64,000 bases of DNA from an uncultured Candidatus Saccharibacteria bacterium (GCA_964385105.1 CAYLMU010000001.1:2252-66251); one strand, 5' to 3'. Shown: positions 31,276 to 40,813, counted from the first letter of the stretch. Program-made: numbers and translations. Notes: generated by a model from the sequence alone, not told the origin.

Positions 31276-31776
31276 ATGCCAAACGAAAGAAATGATGGCA
31301 TGACAAATCCTATTGCCTGGATAGCTTTAATTGTTGCAGGTGCAGCACTTATTCTGGCCGTCACTGCTTATAACAGAGCAGGAACAGACTTAAGCACTGT
31401 AATCGAACAAGAAGCAGAACAGGCCGTAGAGGAAATTGATACAACTGCCGAAGAATTAGAACGTAATGTAAATGTTGCTGCTGCAAGAGCTGAAGCAGTA
31501 ACTAGATTAACAGCATTAAGAGCGCAAGTTGCAGCTGAAGAAGCCGGTGAAGAAGCAGCACAGGAAGTTGCAGATATACGAGCAGACCTGGAAGCAGCTT
31601 ATACCGAAACTTCTGAACAGGCGCAACAGGAATTTAGCGAAATCGATGCTGACTTAGAACAACTTGAAAACCAGATACGAGCAGGTTCGGTCGATGCACT
31701 GAATACTCTCGATGGTCTCATTGATTTATTGAGACAAGATACTCAAGAGGATGTTGAAGGTAATCCTTTTGACTAA
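31276..31776 (+). CDS. hypothetical Ala/Glu-rich coiled-coil protein with N-terminal TM
   Basis: perfect SD AAGGAGGTGA; terminator downstream. Confidence 0.55.
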   Translation: MPNERNDGMTNPIAWIALIVAGAALILAVTAYNRAGTDLSTVIEQEAEQAVEEIDTTAEELERNVNVAAARAEAVTRLTALRAQVAAEEAGEEAAQEVADIRADLEAAYTETSEQAQQEFSEIDADLEQLENQIRAGSVDALNTLDGLIDLLRQDTQEDVEGNPFD

Positions 31777-31832
31777 ATCTTTACAACTTAATATATAAAC
31801 CGGCTTTTGGGCAGGCAGGTTTTAGGAGCAAG

Positions 31833-31868
31833 AATCCCCCGTAAATACACGGGGGATTTTTAATTTTT
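31833..31868 (+). terminator. intrinsic terminator (AATCCCCCGT...ACGGGGGATT + T-run)
   Basis: 10-bp GC stem then TTTTTAATTTTT. Confidence 0.8.
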
Positions 31869-31870
31869 GA

Positions 31871-31907
31871 AATATTTTTTGTTATTTTTGGTTATTTTTG
31901 GTTATGG
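31871..31907. repeat. 10-bp tandem micro-repeat GTTATTTTTG x ~3.7
   Basis: direct repeats 31881-31890, 31891-31900, partial copies flanking. Confidence 0.6.
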
Positions 31908-32047
31908 CGGAAGGTGTGTAATATGAAGTTTAAGAGCAAATGAGAATGATTTTATTGAAAGTTTGAAAAAAAATGGCTCGCAACAAATTTTCTCCAATCA
32001 ACCGTATGGTTTCTCTTTGAATTTTTGTTACGAGCCTAAGATGGGGT

Positions 32048-33715
32048 TTAACGAATCCGTTCGTAGAAGACTACGAGGGCATTTTCGTATATCCCATCAG
32101 GTGTTTCATCCCACCAGCATGTCACAATCATCAAATCGTATACATCCCTGTGGGAATGGGCATTGTTTAACCAGTAGATGTCGCGCTTAACAACAACGCG
32201 ATCAACAACGCGGTAAAGACGCCCATTTACCTCAACTTCCGGACAAAACAGTAGACGCGCACCCGGTCCTAATCGACCTAACTCATCATCAAGATGCACC
32301 TCATACTGTTTGCTTCCTACTCTCTTGGCTTCTCGAAGAGAATTTTCATAGTGCGGGTTTTGACGTGCATCAACAATGTTGATGCGGCCTCCACACATTA
32401 CTATTTCCTCTTGCTCTAGTGCGCCGAGATCGGGTAAGTCCGGAGCAAAATATGCAGCAAAACCGCCCTGTGGAACGTATCCCGGCGGGGGTTCGTCGCC
32501 AGACTTCTTAGTGATTAGACGACCGATTTTTTCGTGTTGGCATGCATTTGCTATGCCTACATCGACGCCTAATTTCTCCCACTCGCCTTTGGACTCATTG
32601 AAATGAAACTGCGTTTCAACGGGTACGTACTCGTCCGTGGGCAAATACACCTCCATGCTTGTGAAATACGTTCCCACACTGGGGTACCATTCAAAAGCAT
32701 CTGGATCTGCGTTTGCCTGCATAGAGGTTGACTCAATGCCATTGTAAGTCATGTAAATATGACCACCTTCAAACAAAGAGTAAACTCGTGTATCAGGCTC
32801 CGAAATCCATTCGTTCCCGTCTACATCATAAAACACCTCACCATTCGCACCTGCACCCGTGCAAGGCTCGTTTGTTGGTGTGATGTAAGGTGTAGATGTA
32901 ACAGTCGGCGTGTTCGTGGCAGTTGCCGTTCCCGTGGGAGGCGGTACAGTTGCCGTCGAAGTTGCCGTGGGAGTGTTTGTCGGCGTGTTCGTGGCAGTTG
33001 CCGTTGAAGTTGCCGTTCCCGTGGGAGTATTCGTTGGGGGCGGCACGGTCACTGTCGGCGTCATTGTGGCCGTAGGAGTTTCCGTACTAGTACTCGTTGC
33101 CGTGGGAGTGTTTGTCGGCGTGTTCGTGGCAGTTGCCGTTGAAGTTGCCGTTCCCGTGGGAGTATTCGTTGGGGGCACGGTCACTGTCGGCGTCATTGTG
33201 GCCGTGGGAGTGTCTGTCGGCGGAGGGGACACCTCTACAAAAAAGGCTACAGAATCCTCACTCCGCAAAAAATACTCACCAGATTCCTCAACCGTGTATG
33301 TAAATACAACGGTCATGCCCTGGGGTAGTTCCACAAAACTACCGTTTTCGCCACGCAAGGTGACTCGACGGTTGTCGACGTCGTCATCTAAAACCACGAT
33401 GACCAGTCGTGTTCCAGTGGCGTATTTACCGAGAGATGTTTCCGCTCGGTAAAGTGGTTGTACGGGCGGCCCGGTGTTATCCCAAACCCTAACTTCCATG
33501 CCATCAGGCACAGTAAACTCCCTCACTCTCGGCAACCATGTGTTGTTGCCGTGTGTCCGCTTTATCTCAAGCTGACCGTGAGATGCCCTGATGGTTTCAC
33601 CTTCGGTAAACTGCCCCAGATATTGCACTGGGGAAGTTTGAGCCAAGGCAATGGAAAAGAAAAGAAAACACACTAACACCAACAAAATGAACATCAACCA
33701 TTTGTATTTCCTCAT
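32048..33715 (-). CDS. secreted protein with tandem Thr/Pro-rich repeats (2 x ~44 aa) and cysteine-containing C-terminal domain; compositionally GC-rich
   Basis: signal peptide [25 protein letters not shown] (ATG 33715 with AAGGAG 9 nt upstream); 132-nt DNA repeat seen twice (~32990-33075 and ~33125-33210). Confidence 0.7.
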   Translation of the reverse strand: MRKYKWLMFILLVLVCFLFFSIALAQTSPVQYLGQFTEGETIRASHGQLEIKRTHGNNTWLPRVREFTVPDGMEVRVWDNTGPPVQPLYRAETSLGKYATGTRLVIVVLDDDVDNRRVTLRGENGSFVELPQGMTVVFTYTVEESGEYFLRSEDSVAFFVEVSPPPTDTPTATMTPTVTVPPTNTPTGTATSTATATNTPTNTPTATSTSTETPTATMTPTVTVPPPTNTPTGTATSTATATNTPTNTPTATSTATVPPPTGTATATNTPTVTSTPYITPTNEPCTGAGANGEVFYDVDGNEWISEPDTRVYSLFEGGHIYMTYNGIESTSMQANADPDAFEWYPSVGTYFTSMEVYLPTDEYVPVETQFHFNESKGEWEKLGVDVGIANACQHEKIGRLITKKSGDEPPPGYVPQGGFAAYFAPDLPDLGALEQEEIVMCGGRINIVDARQNPHYENSLREAKRVGSKQYEVHLDDELGRLGPGARLLFCPEVEVNGRLYRVVDRVVVKRDIYWLNNAHSHRDVYDLMIVTCWWDETPDGIYENALVVFYERIR

Positions 33716-33950
33716 ACCAATCATCTCCTTTTTTCGAACTATGATTGTGTTTACGTCAGTTCTTATCCATATCCTCAAAACATCCAAGGACATAAACAAG
33801 ATAAACGTAAACACGCTAAATTTTCAAAGAACGGGAATAAATCGGTTCGGGCAGTAGCAACTGAGTGACTGGCATTAAATGCCGTAATTAAGCCACATTT
33901 TGCTTGTAGTATTATATCAAAATTGCCAGATTTGTCAAACTATAGGGTAA

Positions 33951-34025
33951 TGGTGACCCCACGGAGAATCGAACTCCGGTTTCCAGATTGAGAATCTGGC
34001 GTCCTAACCGCTAGACGATGGGGCC
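33951..34025 (-). tRNA. tRNA-Glu (anticodon CUC)
   Basis: manual cloverleaf: GGCCCCA acceptor, GUCU/GGAC D-stem, CCAGA-UUCUCAA-UCUGG anticodon arm, GTTCGAAT T-loop, encoded CCA; resembles E. coli tRNA-Glu. Confidence 0.8.
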
Positions 34026-34126
34026 GCAACAAAGGAGCCGCAATAAACGTTTCAATTATACTACATTTGCTTTACATACAGCCAAATTTTGCATTTTTTG
34101 CTTTATTTATGCATAATGTACGTTGA

Positions 34127-34558
34127 ATGACCACATTGCAAAATAATAAGCTTTTAATACTTTTTCCGGTTTTGGCGATTTTTGCCATTTTGGCTTATTT
34201 ACAATTCACGTCTTACAAACCATCCGGTATAGCCATACCTCAAGGAGTCAAAGGAACCACCACAAAAAATACTGCGATTATACTTCCGCAGCCATTAAAC
34301 ACTGAGGTAATCAGCAATAGTGAAAATATTAACGGGTATCAAACCACTTTAAAAACACAAAAACAGTTTAATGATGTTTACGCCTTTTATCAAAGTGTTT
34401 TAAACGATAAAGGTTGGACTGTAGACCATCAAAACCTGAAATCAGATAATTTTGTGGGTAGCTACAAAAAAGACGCGTACAAACTGACACTTTCAATATT
34501 CGCACAAGAAGAAAATTTAGAAGAAACTATTGTTAGCCTAGACGTTTATAAAGATTAA
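34127..34558 (+). CDS. hypothetical secreted/lipoprotein-like protein
   Basis: N-terminal hydrophobic signal-like segment. Confidence 0.45.
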   Translation: MTTLQNNKLLILFPVLAIFAILAYLQFTSYKPSGIAIPQGVKGTTTKNTAIILPQPLNTEVISNSENINGYQTTLKTQKQFNDVYAFYQSVLNDKGWTVDHQNLKSDNFVGSYKKDAYKLTLSIFAQEENLEETIVSLDVYKD

Positions 34559-34565
34559 CCGTTGC

Positions 34566-36335
34566 TTAATCGTCTTTATCTTTTGTACCTCTTAAAAACA
34601 CAGCTCTCCATGGTTGGTAACGTGTTGTAAATGTATCTTCGTGCAAAACTTCTCCGTCTCGTGTAACTGTTCTGTTAAATGATGCTGTTGCTCCCCAAGC
34701 TGCAAAGTCAACTTGCCTTACTACACCTTCATCTAAAGTTTCATCATCAATATATTGAGTTTCGGGTGGCGGAGTTTGGTTTGTAACAATAGGTTCGGTT
34801 AACTGAACTTCACGTCCGTCAGGTGTGCCGTAAATTTTAAATCCCAAAGTTTGAGTATCGTCAACATTGTACATTTGTACAAGAATATAGTTTGGCGTGT
34901 CGTTTTTAAATTGAAAATCAAGCGATGGCTGGTAAATTGATGCGTCCATGCCTACTGGTGATTCTATTTCATAGTATACAACTCTATATGCATGGGGGTG
35001 TCGTGTAACTACAGGCAAACCTGAATTCAGCACGGCTCTAAAAAGTGTGGTTGAGGTTTGGCATACTCCTCCGCCGTCACCAAGCACAGTACGTCCGTTT
35101 GAAATAACATATGCCGTTTGATATCCTGTTGCTCCGCTTATGTCACCAACCGATCTGTTAAAAGAGTATATTTGTCCGGGCGGAACTAATACTCCGTCTG
35201 TTCTTTGTGCGGCCAGTTTTAGGTTATGGGCTCTGGATGCGGCAGACCCGGTGTATTTTGAAACTCCTTCGCCTAGAAGTGCGTAAATACCATATTTTTT
35301 AGGGTCAGCTTCCGAAACGGTAAGCATAGACAGTTCAAAACTTTTATTGTCGGCGGATTCTGTAAAAAGAGCATTTTTAAAATCATTGCTGAATTTTTTT
35401 GTATCCAGCTCTTTTCCTTCTTGCGTGATTACAAAATCAGTAACCCGCCCGTCGGCAGACTCTGTTACCCTTCCTCTTGGTGCAACGTTTACATCTTGTG
35501 CTAATAATTCGGCATAAGCCTCAACGACAGGGTCATTCATCCTTAATTCAAATTTGCTTTTTTCTCCTTTGGATACGGTTAAAAATGGCAGGATTTTTTG
35601 GGAATCGAGTTCCCAGGTGGTTTCGTTATAAGAAATAGTTATTGGACTGGAAATAATTTGCTTTACTTGCGGCTCAAAATTTTTGAGATTACTTTGAACC
35701 ACGTCGGCGGGTACAGTGCTTACAACCAAAGATTTTTCACTAAAATCCATTTGATCAAAACTTGAAACAACCAGTTCGTATAGTTCATCGCCGCCTACAC
35801 TGCTGCCTGTTTTTTCGGGAATTATGACTATATTCTCGCCCTCAAAAGCAAATCTTGCGCTTTCGGGTAAAGAATTTATTTCACCTTTTATTGTGGCAAG
35901 TGTATTGCTGAGCGAATCGGAATCTATTGAATAATGGGCTTTTATGCGCAAAGGTTTTATTAAACCCGCAATTTTGTCTTTTGTATCAATTGCAATGTTT
36001 CCTGTACGACCGACTTCAAAAACGCGTGCAACAGTTCCGTCTACTGAATACTGCAAATCAAGCTCATCGGCGTTTATATTAAAACCGGTTTCGCCGTGTT
36101 TTAAAGCCAGATTACGTGAACCAAGAGAGTTGTGTTTTGCTTCTAGAGCTGCTTTAGCCTGACTAAAGGTTTTACCGCCAAGTTTTACATCACCAACGTA
36201 CACTCCGGGAATCACTCGTGTTGCAAAGTAAACATGGTAAACGGTGATTAAAACAATAAAAATATAGAAGGGGGTAAGAAGTTTTTTAGCTTTTGCTATT
36301 TTGTTCTTGTCTATTCCTTTTATTTTGAGCATCAT
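34566..36335 (-). CDS. VanW-family protein (membrane-anchored)
   Basis: GDGGGVCQTSTTLFRAV VanW core motif, N-terminal TM. Confidence 0.8.
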   Translation of the reverse strand: MMLKIKGIDKNKIAKAKKLLTPFYIFIVLITVYHVYFATRVIPGVYVGDVKLGGKTFSQAKAALEAKHNSLGSRNLALKHGETGFNINADELDLQYSVDGTVARVFEVGRTGNIAIDTKDKIAGLIKPLRIKAHYSIDSDSLSNTLATIKGEINSLPESARFAFEGENIVIIPEKTGSSVGGDELYELVVSSFDQMDFSEKSLVVSTVPADVVQSNLKNFEPQVKQIISSPITISYNETTWELDSQKILPFLTVSKGEKSKFELRMNDPVVEAYAELLAQDVNVAPRGRVTESADGRVTDFVITQEGKELDTKKFSNDFKNALFTESADNKSFELSMLTVSEADPKKYGIYALLGEGVSKYTGSAASRAHNLKLAAQRTDGVLVPPGQIYSFNRSVGDISGATGYQTAYVISNGRTVLGDGGGVCQTSTTLFRAVLNSGLPVVTRHPHAYRVVYYEIESPVGMDASIYQPSLDFQFKNDTPNYILVQMYNVDDTQTLGFKIYGTPDGREVQLTEPIVTNQTPPPETQYIDDETLDEGVVRQVDFAAWGATASFNRTVTRDGEVLHEDTFTTRYQPWRAVFLRGTKDKDD

Positions 36336-36873
36336 CCTTCTTTCCTAAAATTGGCAGCCGAGAAGGCTTAATTACAAACTTTGTAATGTCCTCATCCATA
36401 TCTGTGGTTTCATCGGCGTATTCAAAAAGTTTTGACGAACCTGTTTTACCAAAAGCCACAACTTCTGTTTTAACACCTTGACTTCGCGAATACTCAAGCA
36501 ACGGAACATAATCACCATCACCGGAAACTAAGATTATAACATCAATTTTTGGAAGCAATCTTACTACATCCATACATATACCCACGTCCCAATCACCTTT
36601 TTTGCTGCCGTCATAAAAAATCTGCAATTCTTTGGCTTTTACTTCAAATCCTCTATGCTGTAATGCCTCGAAAAATTCCTTTTCAAGGCCAACATCTGCT
36701 TTAACAACATATGCAAACGCTCTTATAAGTTTGCGGTCTTGCACTGCTTCATTTAAAACCTTTCCAAAATCAACCTTCGCACTATATAAATTTTTGGCTG
36801 AGTAGTACATATTTTGAACATCAACAAAAACTGCAACCCTCTGCTCTGAATGCTTTATGGTATTTTTTATCAT
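36286..36873 (-). CDS. NYN-domain (LabA/PIN-like) protein
   Basis: VFVDVQNMYY...DVIILVSGDGD acidic NYN motifs; start set to ATG 36873 to avoid clash with divergent micro-ORF; overlaps vanW-like start by ~50 nt. Confidence 0.65.
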   Translation of the reverse strand: MIKNTIKHSEQRVAVFVDVQNMYYSAKNLYSAKVDFGKVLNEAVQDRKLIRAFAYVVKADVGLEKEFFEALQHRGFEVKAKELQIFYDGSKKGDWDVGICMDVVRLLPKIDVIILVSGDGDYVPLLEYSRSQGVKTEVVAFGKTGSSKLFEYADETTDMDEDITKFVIKPSRLPILGKKDDAQNKRNRQEQNSKS

Positions 36874-36959
36874 CAGGTATGATTTTAACATTATATTGGT
36901 CAATTTACAGTTGATGTTATAATATTTGTTGCAAGTAGCAAATTTGAAAGGAAATAAAT

Positions 36960-37082
36960 ATGTTAACAAAACTTAAAACAATGTTAAAAAGTAATAAACC
37001 TTCAAAAGATCATAAACATGAGCATTCACACGAGTACAGTGAGGAGCACGAATGCCACTGCGGTGGCGGGTGCGGTTGCTAA
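36960..37082 (+). CDS. unannotated 40-aa His/Cys-rich micro-protein (MLTKLKTMLKSNKPSKDHKHEHSHEYSEEHECHCGGGCGC)
   Basis: ATG with AAAGGAAA upstream, TAA stop, intrinsic terminator 30 nt downstream; below ORF-track size cutoff. Confidence 0.45.
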   Translation: MLTKLKTMLKSNKPSKDHKHEHSHEYSEEHECHCGGGCGC

Positions 37083-37111
37083 GCTATTTTTTGTGTGATT
37101 GTATGCAAAAA

Positions 37112-37139
37112 AGCGTTCTTGTAAAAGAGCGCTTTTTTG
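37112..37139 (+). terminator. intrinsic terminator (AGCGTTCTT-GTAA-AAGAGCGCT + T6)
   Basis: 9-bp stem with one G.U pair followed by TTTTTT. Confidence 0.65.
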
Positions 37140-37165
37140 TTTATGTTGTATAATACGTGGGTTAT

Positions 37166-37239
37166 TGGGGGATCGTCTAATGGTAGGACGTTGCACTCTG
37201 GATGCAAAAATTGGGGTTCGAATCCCTGTCCCCCAGCCA
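37166..37239 (+). tRNA. tRNA-Gln (anticodon CUG)
   Basis: manual cloverleaf: U1-A72 start UGGGGGA, anticodon arm UUGCA-CUCUGGA-UGCAA, GTTCGAAT, ...CCCCAGCCA 3' end as in E. coli tRNA-Gln. Confidence 0.8.
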
Positions 37240-37271
37240 CATAAACCGCTTATTTAAAGTAATAATAGCGC

Positions 37272-38198
37272 TTAATCAAACTCTATATTAGAAACTACAA
37301 CCCGGGATAAATCTAGTCCTTCTTCAAAATTGGTGTAAGACCTCCAAAACATATATTCGTTTCCTTTCTTTAGGATTATTACCTGGTTGCTATATTCCGT
37401 ATAAGTAATACCTGTTCTTAAGCCATGCTCGATAAAATAAAATTCTCTATCTTCGTGGACTATTTTATAAACATTTTGGTTAATCACCTCTACAAAATTA
37501 TGGTCTTTGTTTTTTTTGTTTATTTTTTGTATGGCATCATCAACGGCAGCATTTAAACTATCAAATTCATAAATTTGTAGGTCGGGCTCGATGCGTAACT
37601 CTAGATAGTTCGAATTTCTATCAAATTTTTTGCTGCTATAAACTTTAGCGTTCTTAATATAATTCTCACCAAAAAATTCAAGCCAAATAATGTTTCGATT
37701 ATCATCATTGTAGAAGGAGTTTTCAGGTACATATACTGTTAAATCAAATTTGCTTGACTGATACGGCTCCCACACTTGTTTCATATTTTGAAACTTCAAT
37801 TCTTCATAACTTATGTCAGAACTGTTTAAATTAAGTTGCTTATTAAGTAACTCTTTTTGACTTGATTCCCATGAGTAAGTCCTATAAGAAAATACAGCGT
37901 AAATTCCCAAATATACTAGCAAAAAATAAGCTAACAGATAAAATGCTTTTTTTATAGAAATAGTTCGGTTTATAACAAATATGGCACTTAAACTTAATAA
38001 ATAGCTAAATAATGCACTTGGCACTAAAGTTGTTATTATGCCCGGAATCAGAAAGCATACACCTTTACAATCAGGCCACAAAAGAGGTGCAAGTACTATA
38101 CTCAAGATTGCGGCCGGAGTAGACATTATAGGTAAAAATACTAAAGTTAAAGCCGGGGAAAGAGCCGCAATAATGAGTTCGAGTTTTTTCATTTTCAT
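37272..38198 (-). CDS. hypothetical membrane protein (4 TM + extracytoplasmic domain)
   Basis: hydrophobic N-terminal third, Asn/Tyr-rich C-terminal domain. Confidence 0.5.
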   Translation of the reverse strand: MKMKKLELIIAALSPALTLVFLPIMSTPAAILSIVLAPLLWPDCKGVCFLIPGIITTLVPSALFSYLLSLSAIFVINRTISIKKAFYLLAYFLLVYLGIYAVFSYRTYSWESSQKELLNKQLNLNSSDISYEELKFQNMKQVWEPYQSSKFDLTVYVPENSFYNDDNRNIIWLEFFGENYIKNAKVYSSKKFDRNSNYLELRIEPDLQIYEFDSLNAAVDDAIQKINKKNKDHNFVEVINQNVYKIVHEDREFYFIEHGLRTGITYTEYSNQVIILKKGNEYMFWRSYTNFEEGLDLSRVVVSNIEFD

Positions 38199-38235
38199 AT
38201 GTAAATTATACTGTAGTATATAAAATTAAAACGAT

Positions 38236-38724
38236 ATGGTTTATTATTTAGATATGAATCAACTCGAAAAACCGGCTCCACAAGAAATTCGCTCTTCTGA
38301 TCATGAACCTATAAGTGCCCACCTGTGCTATGAATATTTAGGTATTGATGCAGGGCTTGTTGCCGCCTTTAGTGCTGGGGATTCAACATATGGGATATTT
38401 AGAGTCGTTGAATCAGCAGCATGTCTGAAGGAAGATCAAGAGAGACTTCTACCATTAGGTAGCTATGTTATTGCAATGTTTGACGAAAATGACCCTAACA
38501 AAAAAATCATCCCCGAAAGCGTAAAAGTATTAGAACTCGGAGAAAATGAATTTGGTAGAGCTTCCGACCTATTATATGTAAATGATACAAGAATATCCCG
38601 TGAGCATGCAATTATTATCGTTGATGAAAATGGTGTTACTATTAAGGATTCAGGAAGCAGAAACGGAACTAATGATATTCTTGAGGAAATAAGAAGCCGA
38701 ATTGAGACTTCTTCAGAAACGTAA
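38236..38724 (+). CDS. FHA-domain protein
   Basis: LGRASD...SREHA...DSGSRNGT FHA signature residues. Confidence 0.7.
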   Translation: MVYYLDMNQLEKPAPQEIRSSDHEPISAHLCYEYLGIDAGLVAAFSAGDSTYGIFRVVESAACLKEDQERLLPLGSYVIAMFDENDPNKKIIPESVKVLELGENEFGRASDLLYVNDTRISREHAIIIVDENGVTIKDSGSRNGTNDILEEIRSRIETSSET

Positions 38725-38767
38725 CCAGTTTTACCAACTCCAGCACCACGGCGGAAGCGAGAAAATA

Positions 38768-39148
38768 TTAAGAAGTTTGGTGTCCGGTTAAAAATAAGGT
38801 TAAATCTTTCTCATTAATCTTACTATTTGCAATATCGATTCCTAATTTCACTAATTCTTTGTTAGAAAGTTCAATTCGAACACCATTTAATTCCAAAAAT
38901 ACTAAACCTGCGTGCAAACCCGTGCGTTTATTACCGTCGGTAAATGGGCGGTTTTTGATAATAGAAAACACTAAAGCTGTCGCCTTTTCGTAAACATCCG
39001 CGTACAAATCTTTACCGTCAAATGTGGTTTGTGGTCTTAAAACAGCAGATTCCAATAATCTTACATCTTTAATGCCGGGAGATTCGCCAAATTTTTCAAT
39101 TTGATATTCATGAAGTATCAAAATCTCTTCTAAAGTTAAGTACTTCAC
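38768..39148 (-). CDS. doc: Doc (death-on-curing) Fic-fold toxin
   Basis: HxFx(D/N)GNKR motif as RPFTDGNKRTG; 126 aa. Confidence 0.85.
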   Translation of the reverse strand: MKYLTLEEILILHEYQIEKFGESPGIKDVRLLESAVLRPQTTFDGKDLYADVYEKATALVFSIIKNRPFTDGNKRTGLHAGLVFLELNGVRIELSNKELVKLGIDIANSKINEKDLTLFLTGHQTS

Positions 39149-39381
39149 TTAGACGAGAGTTCTTTAAACGCTGCTTTGTATTTTTCACCCACTTTTTCGG
39201 CAATTCGCAGAAATTCAGGAGAAACAGATGGTGATTGGGTTTTTTCTATAACAATTTTATCTTGAATATTTTCTATGTATAACTCTGTGCCTACATCTAG
39301 TTTTAAAGCGTCAAGCAAGGATTTGGGTAAAATTATGCCGATTGAATTACCTATTTTTGTTAATTTTTGTCTATATCTCAT
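39145..39381 (-). CDS. AbrB/MazE/SpoVT-type antitoxin
   Basis: swapped-hairpin motif KIGNSIGIILPK; 4-nt overlap with doc start. Confidence 0.75.
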   Translation of the reverse strand: MRYRQKLTKIGNSIGIILPKSLLDALKLDVGTELYIENIQDKIVIEKTQSPSVSPEFLRIAEKVGEKYKAAFKELSSK

Positions 39382-39450
39382 GGTGATAACATGTTATAAC
39401 TTCATATGATGTGTGTCAAGTAAAGGTTCAAAATCCGTTATAATAACCAC

Positions 39451-39868
39451 ATGAACAACACCTTTACCTTAGACAGCGCACTTCAAGCATCCAAAAACAA
39501 CAAACTTCACGAATGGACGGTCAATTACCTTGAAAACGAAGGTAATAATAAAAAACTGGCGCAGCACCTTAATGATATTAATTATTTATATTTGTTTATG
39601 ACGGAGTACCCCCTTGACAAGCTAAAACGTGCAATGGGTCCCGAAGAAAATATGCCGTTTCGAGAAAGTGAACAAGAGTGGGAAGATCGTGTAAGCGCCT
39701 TTAGGACCAATATAAAAAAACGGTTTAGTGGTTCCGCCAATAATTGTCACCGACTTTTGGGATGAAATGCACATTTCTGACGGTACTCACAGGTTTGAAG
39801 TATTAAAAAGGTTAGGGCATGAAAAATACTGGGTAATTTTTTTTCTTAAAAGAGCAGTCGAACCTTGA
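39451..39868 (+). pseudogene. ParB/sulfiredoxin-like domain protein disrupted by +1 frameshift at an A7 run
   Basis: frame 1 ORF 39451-39765 continues in frame 2 (39716-39868) as ...IIVTDFWDEMHISDGTHRFEVLKRLGHEKYWVIF (DGxHR ParB-like motif); shift at aaaaaaa 39714-39720. Confidence 0.5.
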
Positions 39869-39943
39869 CATAGTAAGTCTTACCAACTCTTAACAAAAAC
39901 ATTTCAAAATCTTTATTAAAAACTGCTAATGATTAAATAAGGT

Positions 39944-40780
39944 ATGGCAAAGTGGGGAAAAATATTAAGCAAAGGCAATGTTGAAGACCGCAGAGGGTGG
40001 GTTCCGGCTGTGGGAGGAATTAGTTTAACGGGTTTGGCATTTCTTTTGATTGTGAACTATTTAGCAGGCGGAGATGCTGGTGACGTATTGAGCAAGCTCG
40101 ACAGCGTTGTTGTACAAAATCCGCAAAATATTAATTCGCAGGAGTTTGAAGGTGAAGACAGATATGAAGTTTTTGCTTCAACGGTTTTAGGTTCAAACAA
40201 CGACATGTGGATGCAGATTTTTAGCCAGCAAAACCTAACGTACACACCTCCAACTTTGGTACTTTTTAGAACTGCTACACAATCAGCATGCGGAACGGCA
40301 ACTTCAAGTGTTGGTCCACACTATTGCCCATTAGATAAAACAATCTATTTAGATGAAACTTTTTTTGATGAACTTCAAGCGCGGTATGGCGCTGCAGGCG
40401 GGGATGTAGCTGAAGCGTATGTAATTGCACATGAAGTTGCCCACCATGCACAAAATGAACTTGGCATTTTGTCTGAAATTCATAATAATATGGCACAAAA
40501 CCCCAACCAGCAAAATGATTTATCTATAAAACTTGAACTTCAAGCAGATTGTTTTGCGGGCATGTGGGCAAATTCTATAAGGGATTTAGGTGTATTATTG
40601 CCAGGAGAGATAGGTGAAGCTATGGATGCAGCAGCAGCTGTGGGCGATGACCGAATTCAGGAATCCGTAACCGGTAGAGTTACCCCTGAAAACTGGACAC
40701 ACGGATCTTCTGAACAAAGGGTTGCGTGGTTTAATAAAGGTTTTGAAACTGGTTCTTTAAGTGAGTGTGATACTTTTTAA
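39944..40780 (+). CDS. ypfJ: YpfJ-family putative neutral zinc metallopeptidase
   Basis: N-terminal ...GNVEDRRG, TM, HEVAHH zinc motif. Confidence 0.8.
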   Translation: MAKWGKILSKGNVEDRRGWVPAVGGISLTGLAFLLIVNYLAGGDAGDVLSKLDSVVVQNPQNINSQEFEGEDRYEVFASTVLGSNNDMWMQIFSQQNLTYTPPTLVLFRTATQSACGTATSSVGPHYCPLDKTIYLDETFFDELQARYGAAGGDVAEAYVIAHEVAHHAQNELGILSEIHNNMAQNPNQQNDLSIKLELQADCFAGMWANSIRDLGVLLPGEIGEAMDAAAAVGDDRIQESVTGRVTPENWTHGSSEQRVAWFNKGFETGSLSECDTF

Positions 40781-40813
40781 ATATAGCTATCAAAGCGGTT
40801 TAATATTCATGTG

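Noticed and set aside
31871-31907. Possible CRISPR array or other spaced repeat
   Set aside because: Only a 10-bp unit repeated ~3.7 times with no spacers; no other repeat-spacer structure seen anywhere in the window, and no cas-like genes.
32048-32450. Sortase catalytic domain at C-terminus of the repeat protein
   Set aside because: Only a TLxTC-like LMIVTC plus downstream Arg seen; no convincing catalytic His in register, so kept as a speculative note and not a feature.
32910-33452. 180-aa plus-strand ORF rich in Val/Ala/Gly ([12 protein letters not shown]...)
   Set aside because: Antisense shadow of the GC-rich Thr/Pro repeat gene; low-complexity translation of the repeat on the opposite strand.
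36874-36969. Longer NYN-protein start at 36969
   Set aside because: Would overlap the divergent micro-ORF and its RBS; the conserved NYN core begins after Met at 36873. Start remains uncertain.
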